A stretch of 64,000 bases of DNA, taken from Heptranchias perlo (lineage: Eukaryota). Each line of letters opens with the position of its first letter. Position 1 is the stretch's first letter. The stretch is from positions 5,022,001 through 5,086,000 of the forward strand of contig NW_027139581.1 of the NCBI RefSeq assembly GCF_035084215.1, read 5' to 3'. Position numbers and translations under genes: made by a program. Below are positions 23,703 through 34,812 of this stretch, in pieces. The notes below the pieces were generated by a model. That model was not told where the DNA came from and searched no databases. It saw only the letters and a program-made list of their open reading frames with translations.

Positions 23703-24980
23703 ATGCATCGAGCAACTTCTCCCATTTGCTTTCTTGCTGTAATCAAATATTGGGCCAAGTTTCGCGGTATTTACTGTTTACTCCTAATGTCCCAACACTT
23801 CAAGATACATAAATAATAATATCAACAGCAATAATAAAGGTATCACTAATAATGTGGTAGTAATAATATTATTATTAACAGCAATAATAATAACTATTAA
23901 TAATGTCAGCCAAGAAACGCCTTGCAAATGCGGGTAGGACCTTTGGACCAGAACTGTTCCCTGTCCTATTCTCCCGCCGCCCTCAACACATCTGAGTCCG
24001 GGGTCTCTGTATTCTTTGTTTACCGCCTGGCTCGGGTCTCAAATCACCAACACAGATGAGCTGCAGAACCTCGATTTGCTAAAGTAGCGCTCTTCCGTTT
24101 CTTAAATGATCTGTGCTATAGCCTCGTCTGCAGAGAAACTGTTCAATAAAACACTAAAGGTAGATTTTTGTCTTCGCTGGCTGGGTATTAAGGATAATCT
24201 CAGCTTCGCGCTGAACAACAATCTGGGGAAGGGGGAGGGGGGGAGGGAAATCTGATCGGGAAAAAATAGACGTCACTCACAGAATCCACCTGATCTTCCT
24301 CCTATTTAAACTAATGGAAGTAAAATCGGGAGAGTTTTGTAGCAGGTGTGCAATCCTCCCCACTCAAATTTCCTCTCTGTGCACAGAGCAGGGATTGTTT
24401 AACGCCCAGGCGGGAATCTATATCTTGCACACTTTAACTTCGAAATGTGGAATTCAGTATAATTCAAGTTTAACTGAAACTACACAAGGATCCGTGTAAA
24501 ACAGAACATCGCTTCGTTTAATTATCAGAGACCCTGAATATAACGGAGCAAATGGAGAAACGAGCCTTTAGGTTCGAACTTCTAACTTCGACGGGAGCGT
24601 AATTCAGGGAAAACCAGGCGTTGTGTAATTCGGAAAGCCCATCCGCTACCGCCCGTTTTACGCCCCGCACAAGTTGAATTTTACCTCCAGAGTGCTGATA
24701 ATAAATTAATGTTGATATTAACGTCATTTTAGTGAAACAAATCTGTTTGAAGTTTAAAATTGTTTCTAGTTTCCTTCCAGCCTTACGAGGTCAGTAGTTT
24801 TTAAAATTTAATGAACTAATGTAATTTAATTAAACGAAGATCATTTCAACAATTCTGCTTGATTTCCAGCAATATTCGCATCGCTGCCTCCAACCTTATA
24901 ATTTCCCCCACTCTGCCTAGTTTATTTCTTGTCTATTTCCAACCTTGTGAAGCCTGAAAGTTCTTTGGTTGAAATATATT

Positions 24981-25118
24981 GGTGGTAATTTTGACTTGGT
25001 GGGACAGTGTAAAACTGGTGATTAACGTCATTGGAAATAAAAGCCGGGAGAGATGTTAAACGGACTGTCGACTCCCCAGCACCCGTTTCGCACTGTCGCC
25101 AAAATCAAAATTACCCCC
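24981..25118. mobile_element. MITE, probably PIF/Harbinger-type
   Basis: ~39-bp imperfect terminal inverted repeats GG(T/G)GGTAATTTTGA.TT.G..GACAGTG..AAAC.GGTG, flanked on both sides by ATT (3-bp TSD). Confidence 0.7.
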
Positions 25119-25799
25119 ATTCATTTTAAAAATGTTGTTTGGCTTCTATAACAGTTTATCTCTTTCTGCCTATGAATTTGCACAATTCTTTAGTAAAGCC
25201 TGTCTCACTGCCTAAAAGAGATAATATACAAAGAGCCAACATTTTTGGACAGTTTACTGACAATAAAACTTCCTCCATTGAAGAGTAAGTACTTAATAAA
25301 CCAAGAGCTATTTTAAATTGAAATCTATCCAGCCACAGGCTCCACATTGTTCATTAATTAAATATAATATATAAAATCATCAAGACCAAACCAGGATACA
25401 GCAACTAATTAAAATCTGCAGTGAGACCTTTTGGAGCTCAATCACAACTGAGTAAGAAACACGGTGATTTGTGAAATTAATTGTAACATAATCGATTTAT
25501 TTTTCTCCCATCTCTGACATTTTCTCCTGACGGTGTTGTGTATGGGACATTTGTGGAAGGCGGTTTGTGTTTAATTGATTATATTGTAAGTTAACATTGA
25601 TATTAACTGATGCTGTATTAAATTATAATCAAATCCAATATTAATTTTAAACCTGCTTCTGCCCACAACCTTGTGCATTGTGGAAATGTTAACAAACTTT
25701 TCGTGACAGATATTCAATATGAACGTATCGAATATTATACTAATAGATGAATACATTAGTTTTATGTAAATAAAGGCACAGAAATGAGTTTTAAATTAT

Positions 25800-26022
25800 G
25801 AAGTGAGTTGTAATGATTTGGAATGCAGTGAAAGGGCGGTGGAAGCAGATTTAAAAGTAACTTTCAAAAGGGAATTGGATAAATACTTGAAGGGAAAAAA
25901 CAGGACTCTGAGAAAAGTACAGGGGGATGGAACTGATTGGAAGCTCTTTCAAAGAGCTGGCAGAGGCACGTTGGGCCGAATGGCCTCCTCCTCTGCTCTA
26001 CATACTATATGATACTATGATG
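25800..26022 (+). mobile_element. CR1 3' end fragment
   Basis: AVEAD..TFKRELDKYL; GGGCCGAATGGCCTCCT; (ATACTATG) tail. Confidence 0.8.
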
Positions 26023-26606
26023 CATCGAGCTTCTAATAATTTTATGCTCTGTCTCTGCACAATTAGAATCTCTGTAGTTTTCTGAGCTCTCTGAAACAAT
26101 ACAGACTCTGCGGATTTTCACAGTGTCTTTCACATGATGGAGTCAGGAGTGGATTTTTAAGCAGTTTTCTACACGGCCGAGCGAGTACTCTACACTCATA
26201 AAGAATTTCAGTATATCCTGAAAGGAGCCCGATGTACATGATCTCGGACTGAGCCCAAAGCACTTGGGACAACATTATAACCGAGAACTGCATTAGCCAG
26301 ATGTTGTCAAATTAAACATTGCAGAAACAAAAATAAACACAGATCAGCATCAGGTTTCTGGTATCAAATAACCCATACTCGCAGATAAACAAGATCCCAC
26401 AATAATCAAGGAGAAATGCAAGAGTGATACAGCTGCTTTGATCTATAAAATCTCAGATGCACAATCAAAAGTTACATACCAATAAATCTAAGGAAACAGT
26501 ACCAACTTCACAGGATTGTGGAAATAATTAACTATTAAAACAACACGAAATACAAGATTAAACATACAAATTAAATACTGCAACTAAATTAGTGCATGTT
26601 TCTTAC

Positions 26607-26654
26607 CTGCAGTCACCGTCACCATGGTCCCTTGTCCCCAGTAGCCCCAGTAAT
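26607..26654 (-). CDS. JH gene segment (YWGYWGQGTMVTVTA)
   Basis: WGQGTMVTVT motif of the shark IgM type; donor GCA G|GTAAGA. Confidence 0.96.
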
Positions 26655-26693
26655 CACTGTGTTACATTCCTTCATCTGAGTCACACAATAAGG
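26655..26693 (+). other. JH recombination signal, 23-bp spacer
   Basis: CACTGTG - 23 nt - ACAATAAGG. Confidence 0.85.
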
Positions 26694-27041
26694 GGCTCTG
26701 CATTCGGTACAGAAAATAGTCTACATTATTTTAAGTTTTGACATTCCAGAGGCAAGGTAATGTTACGATAGATTTATGTGATATTAAAAATCATTATATA
26801 TAGTAACAAATGGTTCCATTTGATTGTTTATAAATTACTTTGATATTTGCGATCTCATACATTAGTTGATGAACAAGTTTCCAAATCGCCAACAATTTCG
26901 TGAATATTTTTTATAGTTGTCCTGCTTAATCCTCGCCAGGACTGCAGTGCGAGATAGCAATACATGAATATTACTTTAATATATTCGCAGTTGTATTCCA
27001 GCCGGAGCACTGCCCCAGTTTCACCCCATGAATGTTGAAAG

Positions 27042-27110
27042 GGTTTTTGTATTGACAGTTAATGCTGTGCCACCCAGGTATACACCATGATACACACCGT
27101 GTCAAATACT
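27042..27110 (-). other. D2 segment (coding 27070-27082, TATACCTGGGTGG) with 12-RSS on both sides
   Basis: GGTTTTTGT-12-TGCTGTG (=CACAGCA-12-ACAAAAACC) and CACCATG-12-TCAAATACT. Confidence 0.92.
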
Positions 27111-27427
27111 TCTGCCAACATATAGCTTTCGTATGTAGATCTAAATTCCAAACAGCTTACAAAAAACTCGACTCAGATTCACCAGTGGATGCATTAATGT
27201 GATGCTTGTATCAGTATAACTTGTTATATGTTTATAAAAAGCCACGTTTTAGTGTTGAGACACACAACCAGTCTTTGCATGGAATTTAAATTCGTCAGTT
27301 CAATTTACACTTTATAGCTGGTTTTATAAACTTGGAGATATTTCTGACAGTGATATATATGGAATGACACTAATGTTGCTGTTCATGATGGTTTTGTGAT
27401 CACAGATTTCAGCAGGATCCCGCTCAG

Positions 27428-27508
27428 TGTTACTGTATGACGAGATGTCGATATGAAGCACTGTGGATCCACTGTATTATCACAATGACACACGCCAGCA
27501 CAAATACT
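27428..27508 (-). other. D1 segment (coding 27466-27480, ATAATACAGTGGATC) with 5' 12-RSS and 3' 22-RSS
   Basis: CACAATG-12-ACAAATACT (27481-27508) and CACAGTG-22-ACAGTAACA (27465-27428). This matches the elasmobranch V23-12D22-12D12-23J layout. Confidence 0.92.
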
Positions 27509-27884
27509 GCACTCGCTCTCTGTTCAGCACTGTCTGTCAAAATTCACTTTCAAAAAACCCTTATTGGGACTGCAACCGGACTAGAAATTCACTCAGGGTG
27601 AGAGAAAGAGAACACATCTGTGCACATCAGCGACCAGTGGTAGAATATATTGAAACAAGCATTAACTTCAAATTTCCATTCCTCACACATCGAAGTGCTG
27701 GACACCAGCAGAGTCCCTTCTCCTCATTATTACAACAACAGTTCATATTTTAGATCAGTTAACTGTCCTTAAACAAGATGCTTTGGGAAGAAATACCGTC
27801 TATTTGAAAGTACTGCAATTAACATTGCACTTTATTTAATTACTAACCGTCAGGTTATATTTGGAACGGTTGGATTTCTCCTCC

Positions 27885-27923
27885 TGTTTTTGTACAGGTC
27901 CAGCCCCGGACCCCCTCCCCGTG
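27885..27923 (-). other. VH recombination signal, 23-bp spacer, non-consensus heptamer
   Basis: CACGGGG - 23 nt - ACAAAAACA. Confidence 0.85.
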
Positions 27924-28226
27924 GGTATCCTGCACAGTAATACATGGCGGTGTCTTCGGTCTTCAAATTAGTCATTTTCAGATAAAAGGTCGTGCTGTCT
28001 TTGGAAGGGGTGAATCGATCTTGAACTCCGGGTGCGTAATAATTCGTGGATGTGGGCGTATAATAGCTCAGTAACCACTCCAGCCCTTTCCCAGGAACTT
28101 GCTTAACCCAAGCCATGTAATAGCTGTTGACATTGAACCCACTCACCGAACAGGACAGTGTCTGAGTCTCCGTGGGCTTTGCGGTAACGGAATCCGATTG
28201 TGTCAGCACGATGTTGCATTGGACAT
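27924..28226 (-). CDS. VH exon ([63 protein letters not shown]), IgW-like framework
   Basis: Open V-set domain with the canonical Cys, Trp and D-T-A-x-Y-Y-C; acceptor CTCTCAG; followed by a 23-RSS. Confidence 0.97.
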
Positions 28227-28513
28227 CTGAGAGTGGGGGGAAAAGATCGGATGTCATTAAAACAGGCAAAATTAAAGATGGTCATAAAAGTAAAACAGAA
28301 TATTTAAAAGCGAGAACTGGGTTAATCATCCATCTTCTCGTTCTTTTTGTACAATATCTTGAACGAATTATTGAAGGTTTAATTTTGTTGTCATGCTGGA
28401 GAACTGATAAATCGGTTCTTTCCTGACGTATTTGCAATTTCGCTAAGATAATCTTCACAGTGCAATCAGAGGAATTTCCCCCACCCTGAGCTGAAAAGGG
28501 AAAGAATACTCAC

Positions 28514-28559
28514 AGGTAAAGTAAGACAGAAGTAAACAGAGGTAGAAGCCAAGCGCCAT
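28514..28559 (-). CDS. Ig leader exon (MALGFYLCLLLSYFT)
   Basis: ACGATGG start, hydrophobic signal, phase-1 donor T|GTGAGT; splices in frame to the V exon (T+AT=Tyr) across a 287-nt intron. Confidence 0.93.
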
Positions 28560-28629
28560 CGTTTGCTTTCTTGATCAAACTCTCTGCTCCCCAGAACAGC
28601 CTCCTGATTGCTGACCTGAAGCCGAGCGC

Positions 28630-28830
28630 TCCACTATTTAAACTGCCTGGAGCTCCGTGAGCTAAAGCCCGGGGCTGGAAATCATCCGCCTCCTTCAGCA
28701 GTAGTTTGGCTCCTCCTCTCTTTTCCTTTCTCAGCTCAACGATCTGATTTTCGATCATCAAAAAATTAGCACCAATAATCCATTTTCTGTGCTCACCTCT
28801 CAAAACTAGATTTGCTTTGTATTGGCTAGT
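28630..28830 (-). promoter_or_regulatory. VH promoter: TATA-like TTTAAATA (28635-28642) and CCAAT motifs (28772, 28821); no perfect octamer seen
   Basis: TATA-like element ~80 nt upstream of the ATG; absence of an octamer is consistent with shark IgH promoters. Confidence 0.55.
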
Positions 28831-29534
28831 TATCGATCTAGATAATACAGTTAATCCAAAACAATTTCAGTTTAAAGATAGTATATGGAGTCTGATTCTC
28901 CCACATTTTTAATCCCTATTCAGTTGGTGTCACTGAATCGAATGCAAAAGGAGAGAGGAAGTGATTATTATTGTACCAATTCTATCGGATGTTCAACAAA
29001 TTTTGGGAAACTATTGCCTTTATTTTCAGGTATCAGATATCGTTTCTATGCAGTTCTTTACTTAATGTGAGCTCTCCCCATCACTCGGGCCCCTGATACT
29101 AACTTTACTATCGGTAGTGGGGTAAAGTTACTCATATTGAACGATTGTAAATTGTGAAGCAATCCACCTGTCTTTGCAGGAGATTACACAGTTTCTCCAA
29201 AACTGTCTCCCTCAGAATTAAATTCTCAAATGCCTTGCTTTCTAATGAGAATTACCATATTGCACATTGTAAATGTCCTTAATACTGCAAAATTAAAGAC
29301 TATTGAAAAGTGTGAAACAAAAAAATAAACGTAGACATTGTTTTATTAATGTTAGATAGATTTTTAATTTTTACAAGGAAAGTGAGATTATTAGTTCACA
29401 TGTTCTAGTTAAAGGTCTGATCTTTGATTCATTGTTGGATTAATCAGAGATGCAGCTGTTTTGGTTCCAGTGAACGTGACTCCCAGCGCTGGGTAGAATT
29501 CGTGTTGTGGGCAACAGTTCACTTGTTTCCAAAT

Positions 29535-29640
29535 CTGTCTCTCTCTCTCTATTTCTCTCTATATCTGTCTCTATCTGTCTGTCTGTGTCTCTCACTCACT
29601 CACTCACACACACACACGCACACACACACACACACGTATA
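29535..29640. repeat. (CT)n/(CA)n microsatellite
   Basis: Direct observation. Confidence 0.9.
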
Positions 29641-31604
29641 TCTATTTCTATCGCAGAAACTGGACATGTAAATTCATTTCAAAATTTACAGCGCCTCTTC
29701 TAACTTTTGATTCCAATTACAAATCAACGGAACTGAATAATTACCAACAGATTCTGCACTATGTGCAATTTAATTACACAATCAATGGATGTATATAAAC
29801 GTATTCTGTGTGTATATATTAAATATATGATATTATACATGGTACGTTCCCTGGATATACATATATATATATATATATAATTTTTAAAAATTTAACTTGA
29901 ATGCAGTGTTGGAATTACAGTCAGACCAGATCTGTTTGTAACTATATTTCACCGTCTCAGTGTTCGTTGCTGTTGTTCGCTTTGATTATACACGAACAGC
30001 TTTCAGTATTCCCGAGTCCTGTAAAGAAAGAATAATTTCATAAAATGCTTGTATTTTATCGGTTATTCTGTTCCTCATATCAATAACCGCCTGTATATTT
30101 TTGTGGAAGTAGCACATCTTCCCCAGCCTACTGCCGGATTATAGTAGGTTATGGAAAATATCAAGGCTAGAATGGTCTGTACTCGGGATTGAAAATTATT
30201 TCAATAATATCTCAAGGTTCTCACATTCTATAATCGCATTTTATGATATTGTACAGGGGGGATTTGCAGACAATTAGACTTTAGATGTTATCGCATGTAA
30301 AAGACGTGTTTTTGCTGAGTAGTTAAACCTCGTTTTGTTGAAACCCAAACTCAAGCCATATCTGTAAAACATTCCTTGGCGGGAAGTCCGTCTTACTGTC
30401 GTCAGGAAATGGCGAAAACTCACAATGTAATTTACAAGAAGCATCTGCGGGTTCTGTGGAGTAAATCAATGAGCTGTTTCCTGACAACTGACCGCAGAGC
30501 TGAAAGCCGAGTTCAACCTCCATTCATTGTGAGTAAAGCCTAAAGGTACACAGATCTACCCAGCAACAATTGATACTGACTTCACAACGCACCCCATTGG
30601 TTATAATAAGTTGTACTGAGATCAATTTTTAAAGCCAGAATTATTGCTCATTGATTGAGGCATTTTCATAAATTGCTGCTGTCATTACTTTTATGGCCGT
30701 GGACGGAAGTTAGCTCAGCGCTTCAGTCACCAAGCCGGGCCGAAAACCGGTACAGAAGCTATAATTATGCTCAATGAAGTTGTTAGGTAATTGATAGGTA
30801 ATTGAGATGGATGGACGGACGGACCAATGGATGGATGGATTGCAGGACGGGTAGATTTGGATCGATTTGTGGGATGTAAAAGGTGCTTATGTCCATTCAC
30901 ATTTTTGCATGAATTTTGTTTCCTAGACTGAGGTCGGCCCCTCATCACTGGCGCTGCCTGAATCATTCCCCCAATCCCTCCTGATTTGCAGGATAATACG
31001 GCCTCCTCCAATATCCACATCCAATTGCCTGAGTTGCTCTACCTATTCATTAAGAGAAGGCTGAGGATTTCCATCCGCTTCTTGTAACTCTAGTCTGATC
31101 AGGGCAAATCTTCATCAGAAAGAGATGAAGCGGAAATCTGACCGGGGTGAGGAGAGACAGAGTCTCAGACATGCAACATGTATCAATTTGTGTTTGACAA
31201 AAGGTCTCACAATGTCTTTATTTGAATTCACTCAATTACAACAGAAACGTGGTCGGTCTTTACAACCCTTTCTTTCTCCATGTTTCCCTTATTCCCATTT
31301 TACTGTGAGACTGGTGCAGTTAGACTGTCTGTTGAAAGGATTACTTACGAACAGCTGCCTTAATTCTTTGCCTACCTGTTTAATAAGCATATAATGTACT
31401 TCTTCCATTGCTCTCCGTCTCAAATATCCCATCTAATTCATCACAATCTATTTCCTTCAAATAAAATATAAAATTCTGTCACATCTGCTCTAAGCCTGAG
31501 TTCACTCATGAAAATAGCTCCAACTCCTTCAGCCCAGCCTGATACCTAAATACCCTGAGACTGGGTGCCATTTTATTGCCCTGGTCTGCACCTCCTTCGG
31601 ACCA

Positions 31605-32990
31605 TGATATTCCCCTCTATATCCATCTCTATATTTCTTCAATATTCCCCCTCTTCATTCCTCTCTATAATCTACTTTATATTCTCCTCTATATGCCCCT
31701 CTCTATTCCCTCTTTACCCCCTCTACATCACCCTCTATATCCCTCTCTAAATACCCCTCTATCTCCCCTCTCTATACCCCTCTAAATTCCTCCTCTCTAA
31801 TCCTTTCCATATTATCTCGATTTCCCCTCTTTCGTCCCACCTATATTCCCCCTCTATATGCCCCTCTATATTCCACTCTTTTTCGCCCCCTATATTCCCC
31901 TCTATATTCCCTCTATATTCCACTCTACATTCCCCTCCATTTTCCTCTCTATATCCCCCTCTATATTCCCCTCTATATTTCCCTCTATATTTCCTCTATA
32001 TTCCCATCTGTATTCCCTTCTATATTCACCTCTATTTCCCCCTCTATATTCCCTCCATATTCCGCTCTACATTCCCCACATATCCCCTTCATATCTCTCT
32101 CTATATCCCTCTCTGTATCCCCCTATAAACTCTCCTCGATATCCCCCTCTCGATTTCCCCTTATACGCCCCTCTATTTCCCACTCTAAATCCCCCAATAC
32201 GCCCCTCTATAAGGCCCTCTATATCCCCTCTATAATCCCCTCAATATTCCCTCAATATTCCTCTCCCCGTTCCCCTCTGTATCCCCCTCTATTTTCCCCT
32301 CTATATCGCCCACTATATCCCATCGACATTGCCCCTCTATAATCCCCCTATATTCCCCCACGATAATCCCTTCGATATTTTCCTCTACATCACCCTCTAT
32401 ATCCCCCTTTATATCCCCCACTATATCCCCTCTATATTCCTCTCGATATTCCACCTCTATAATCCCCACGAAATAACCCTCTATATCCCCCTGTATATTG
32501 CCATCTATATTCCCCTCTATAATTCCCCTCTATATTCCCCTCTATCTTCCAGTCTATATCCCCTCTATATCTCCCTCTATATTGCCATCTATTTTCCCCT
32601 CTATAATACACATCTATATTCGCTCTATATTCCCATCTATATCCCCCTTTATATTCCACTCTATATTCCCACTTTATCCCCCTCTATATTCCCTCTATTT
32701 CGCTCTCCTTATTCTCCTCTATATTCCCATTTATATGCCACTCTATATTCCCTCTATTTCGCCTCTATATCTCCCTCAATATCCTCTGCTATATCCCCTC
32801 TACATTGTCCCCTCTATAATCCCCTCTATTTCCCCCTCTCTATATCCCCCTCTATAATCCGCTTTATATTCCCTTCTACATTCCCCTCCATAGCCCCCTC
32901 TATATCCCCTTCTATAACCCCCTCTATATCCCCCTCTATATCCCCCTCTATGTTCCCATCTATATCCCCCTCTATATTCCCCTCCATCAT
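31605..32990. repeat. ~1.4-kb degenerate ~12-mer satellite (TATATTCCCCTC)n; G-rich on the Ig sense strand
   Basis: Continuous TCCCCTCTATA-like units. Confidence 0.95.
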
Positions 32991-34689
32991 GTATGGGCAC
33001 CAGTATGAATGCAATTCTCCAAGTATGACTTTGTCAAGAACTTGTAGAAAATTAGAAAGTGTTTTGAGTGAGTCCATAAGGGAAGACTATTTCCTCCATT
33101 TGGGGAGTCAGTGATGAGGGGTCATCAATTTAAATTGTCTATAGGAGAATGAGGAAGTGACTTGACGGTCTGGAGGTCGGAAGAGAAATAATTGGTAAAG
33201 TTACTCTGGTTACAATAAGGTAGGCAAGGTTGACCGAAGCAAGGTGAATCCCGCCAAGCTGGACAACAGAGGAATGGCGTTGAAGGATGATGGTGTGATT
33301 AAGGCATGTGGATCATAGTCACTGCACTCAGTCACACCTTCATCTTTCTCCCCCTGTTGGTGTCTCTCAGAATCGTTCACTGTACTCAGTCACACCTTTA
33401 TCTATCGACCTCAGTTGATGTCTCTCTGTATCACTGTACTCAATCACAGCTTGAGCTATCTCCCTCTATTGGTGTCCTTCGAGCCTGTTCCGCCACTACT
33501 GGGATCAGAAAGATGGGCTGCAATTACCGTTTCTGTCTGTAATCCTTGTATTCCTATGTACCTATAACAGAGCATACGAATTTCAAATGTCCACTTGAAA
33601 TGTTACATCCTGAAAAAAGTCAAGAGGTTTGACAAGACAGGATCTGTCCCTCTCCAAATTTCTGGGCTGACACTTCCTGGAGAATTTCGGTACAGCCTCT
33701 TCTCAATGTTGTTCTTTCTGGTCCCTTTCAATGATTCTGCTGCAATGCTGTAAAATTAGTTTGCCGAAAGCTAACAATTTGTTTTGTCACCTTCCTTGAA
33801 ATAGGTCCGACATTGGCGAGTTCTCGTTGCAGTGGAACCTCTCCTGCATTTATTCACTCATTGATTATTACTGTCAACCATTGATAGATCTTGGCCCAGG
33901 AGTAATGGTATTGTGAAGTTGGGCCGTATCTCCGACGTTGCGGGATTTCTGCCAACGACAAAGAGGTGACTCTTACCGCTGCCGATTTTCCGCCTCTCGA
34001 GATCATTTACAGAATTGTTGGCAGCTCTTTAACCTTTATTGTTGAGGGGGATATAGAGGGAGGGAACACTGGGGTTTGACCTTGGCCCCGCTCAAGCTTT
34101 GGAGCCTGAAGTTTACAACATTTGTCCCTGCGGATTTATCGGCTTTGAACCTATAAAGAAGGTCCATGAAAGTTAGATCAAAGTCATTGATTTGCAGAAT
34201 ATCTTTTTATGAGTTCGCTGCTACGAGTAGCTTTTTAGTGATTTTGTTTTCCACGAAATAATGATGACGAACCATTCCCTTTGAAATTGAGCTGCATTTC
34301 TATTAATGTCCCGGGCACGCATGCGCACGCTCACACGGGGCCGACAAAGAGCTGACTCTCAGCGACACCGATGCAACCTTTAGAACATCCATTAGGTGCC
34401 GCGCCAGACCAAACCAAGTGATTTTCTCCCGCTGCAGCTCTCAATTCGCCGGACAGCAGGGCAGCTGAAATGTGAAACAGGAGGGAAGGGAATCTCCATC
34501 CCTCAGACACGCTTCTCTTTGTTTCAATCAGTTTGAACAGATCCCAAAAGATATTACTGAGATTGCGGCATGTGCTTCACGTTGATCAATTTTGGTCAAG
34601 CTATTTTCTTCATAACAGTGCACCCTGCAATATCTATCAATCTGTGTATCTGTGTAATATATCCTTCACATAGACACAGACACATATAA

Positions 34690-34812
34690 TATATAGATAG
34701 ACAGATAGATAGATAGATAGAAACATAGATGGATAGATGGATGGATAGATAGATAGATAGATAGATAGATAGGTACATAGATTGATAGATGGATAGATTG
34801 ACAGACGGACGG
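34690..34812. repeat. (GATA)n/(GATG)n microsatellite
   Basis: Direct observation. Confidence 0.9.

Noticed and set aside
27315-27427. Possible third D segment (GGTTTT.. and GACAGTG motifs)
   Set aside because: No CAC heptamer at 12 or 22/23 nt from either nonamer-like motif.
26607-27923. Germline-joined (IgM1gj-type) cluster
   Set aside because: V, D1, D2 and J are separate with their RSSs, and all four Cmu exons are present.
27933-27960. Cryptic RSS at YYC (CACAGTA) for VH replacement
   Set aside because: The heptamer is imposed by Tyr-Cys codons in most VH genes, and no credible nonamer is present.
27924-28226. IgNAR or other single-domain (light-chain-free) V
   Set aside because: V retains full CDR2 and the VH-VL interface residues (V, GLEW, J Trp), and Cmu1 with its light-chain Cys is present.
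28510-28803. 97-aa ORF overlapping the leader
   Set aside because: It is in a different frame from the true leader, which starts at ATG 28559 and splices at 28514.
32329-33114. 261-aa Pro/Ile/Tyr-rich ORF
   Set aside because: Translation of the 12-mer satellite.
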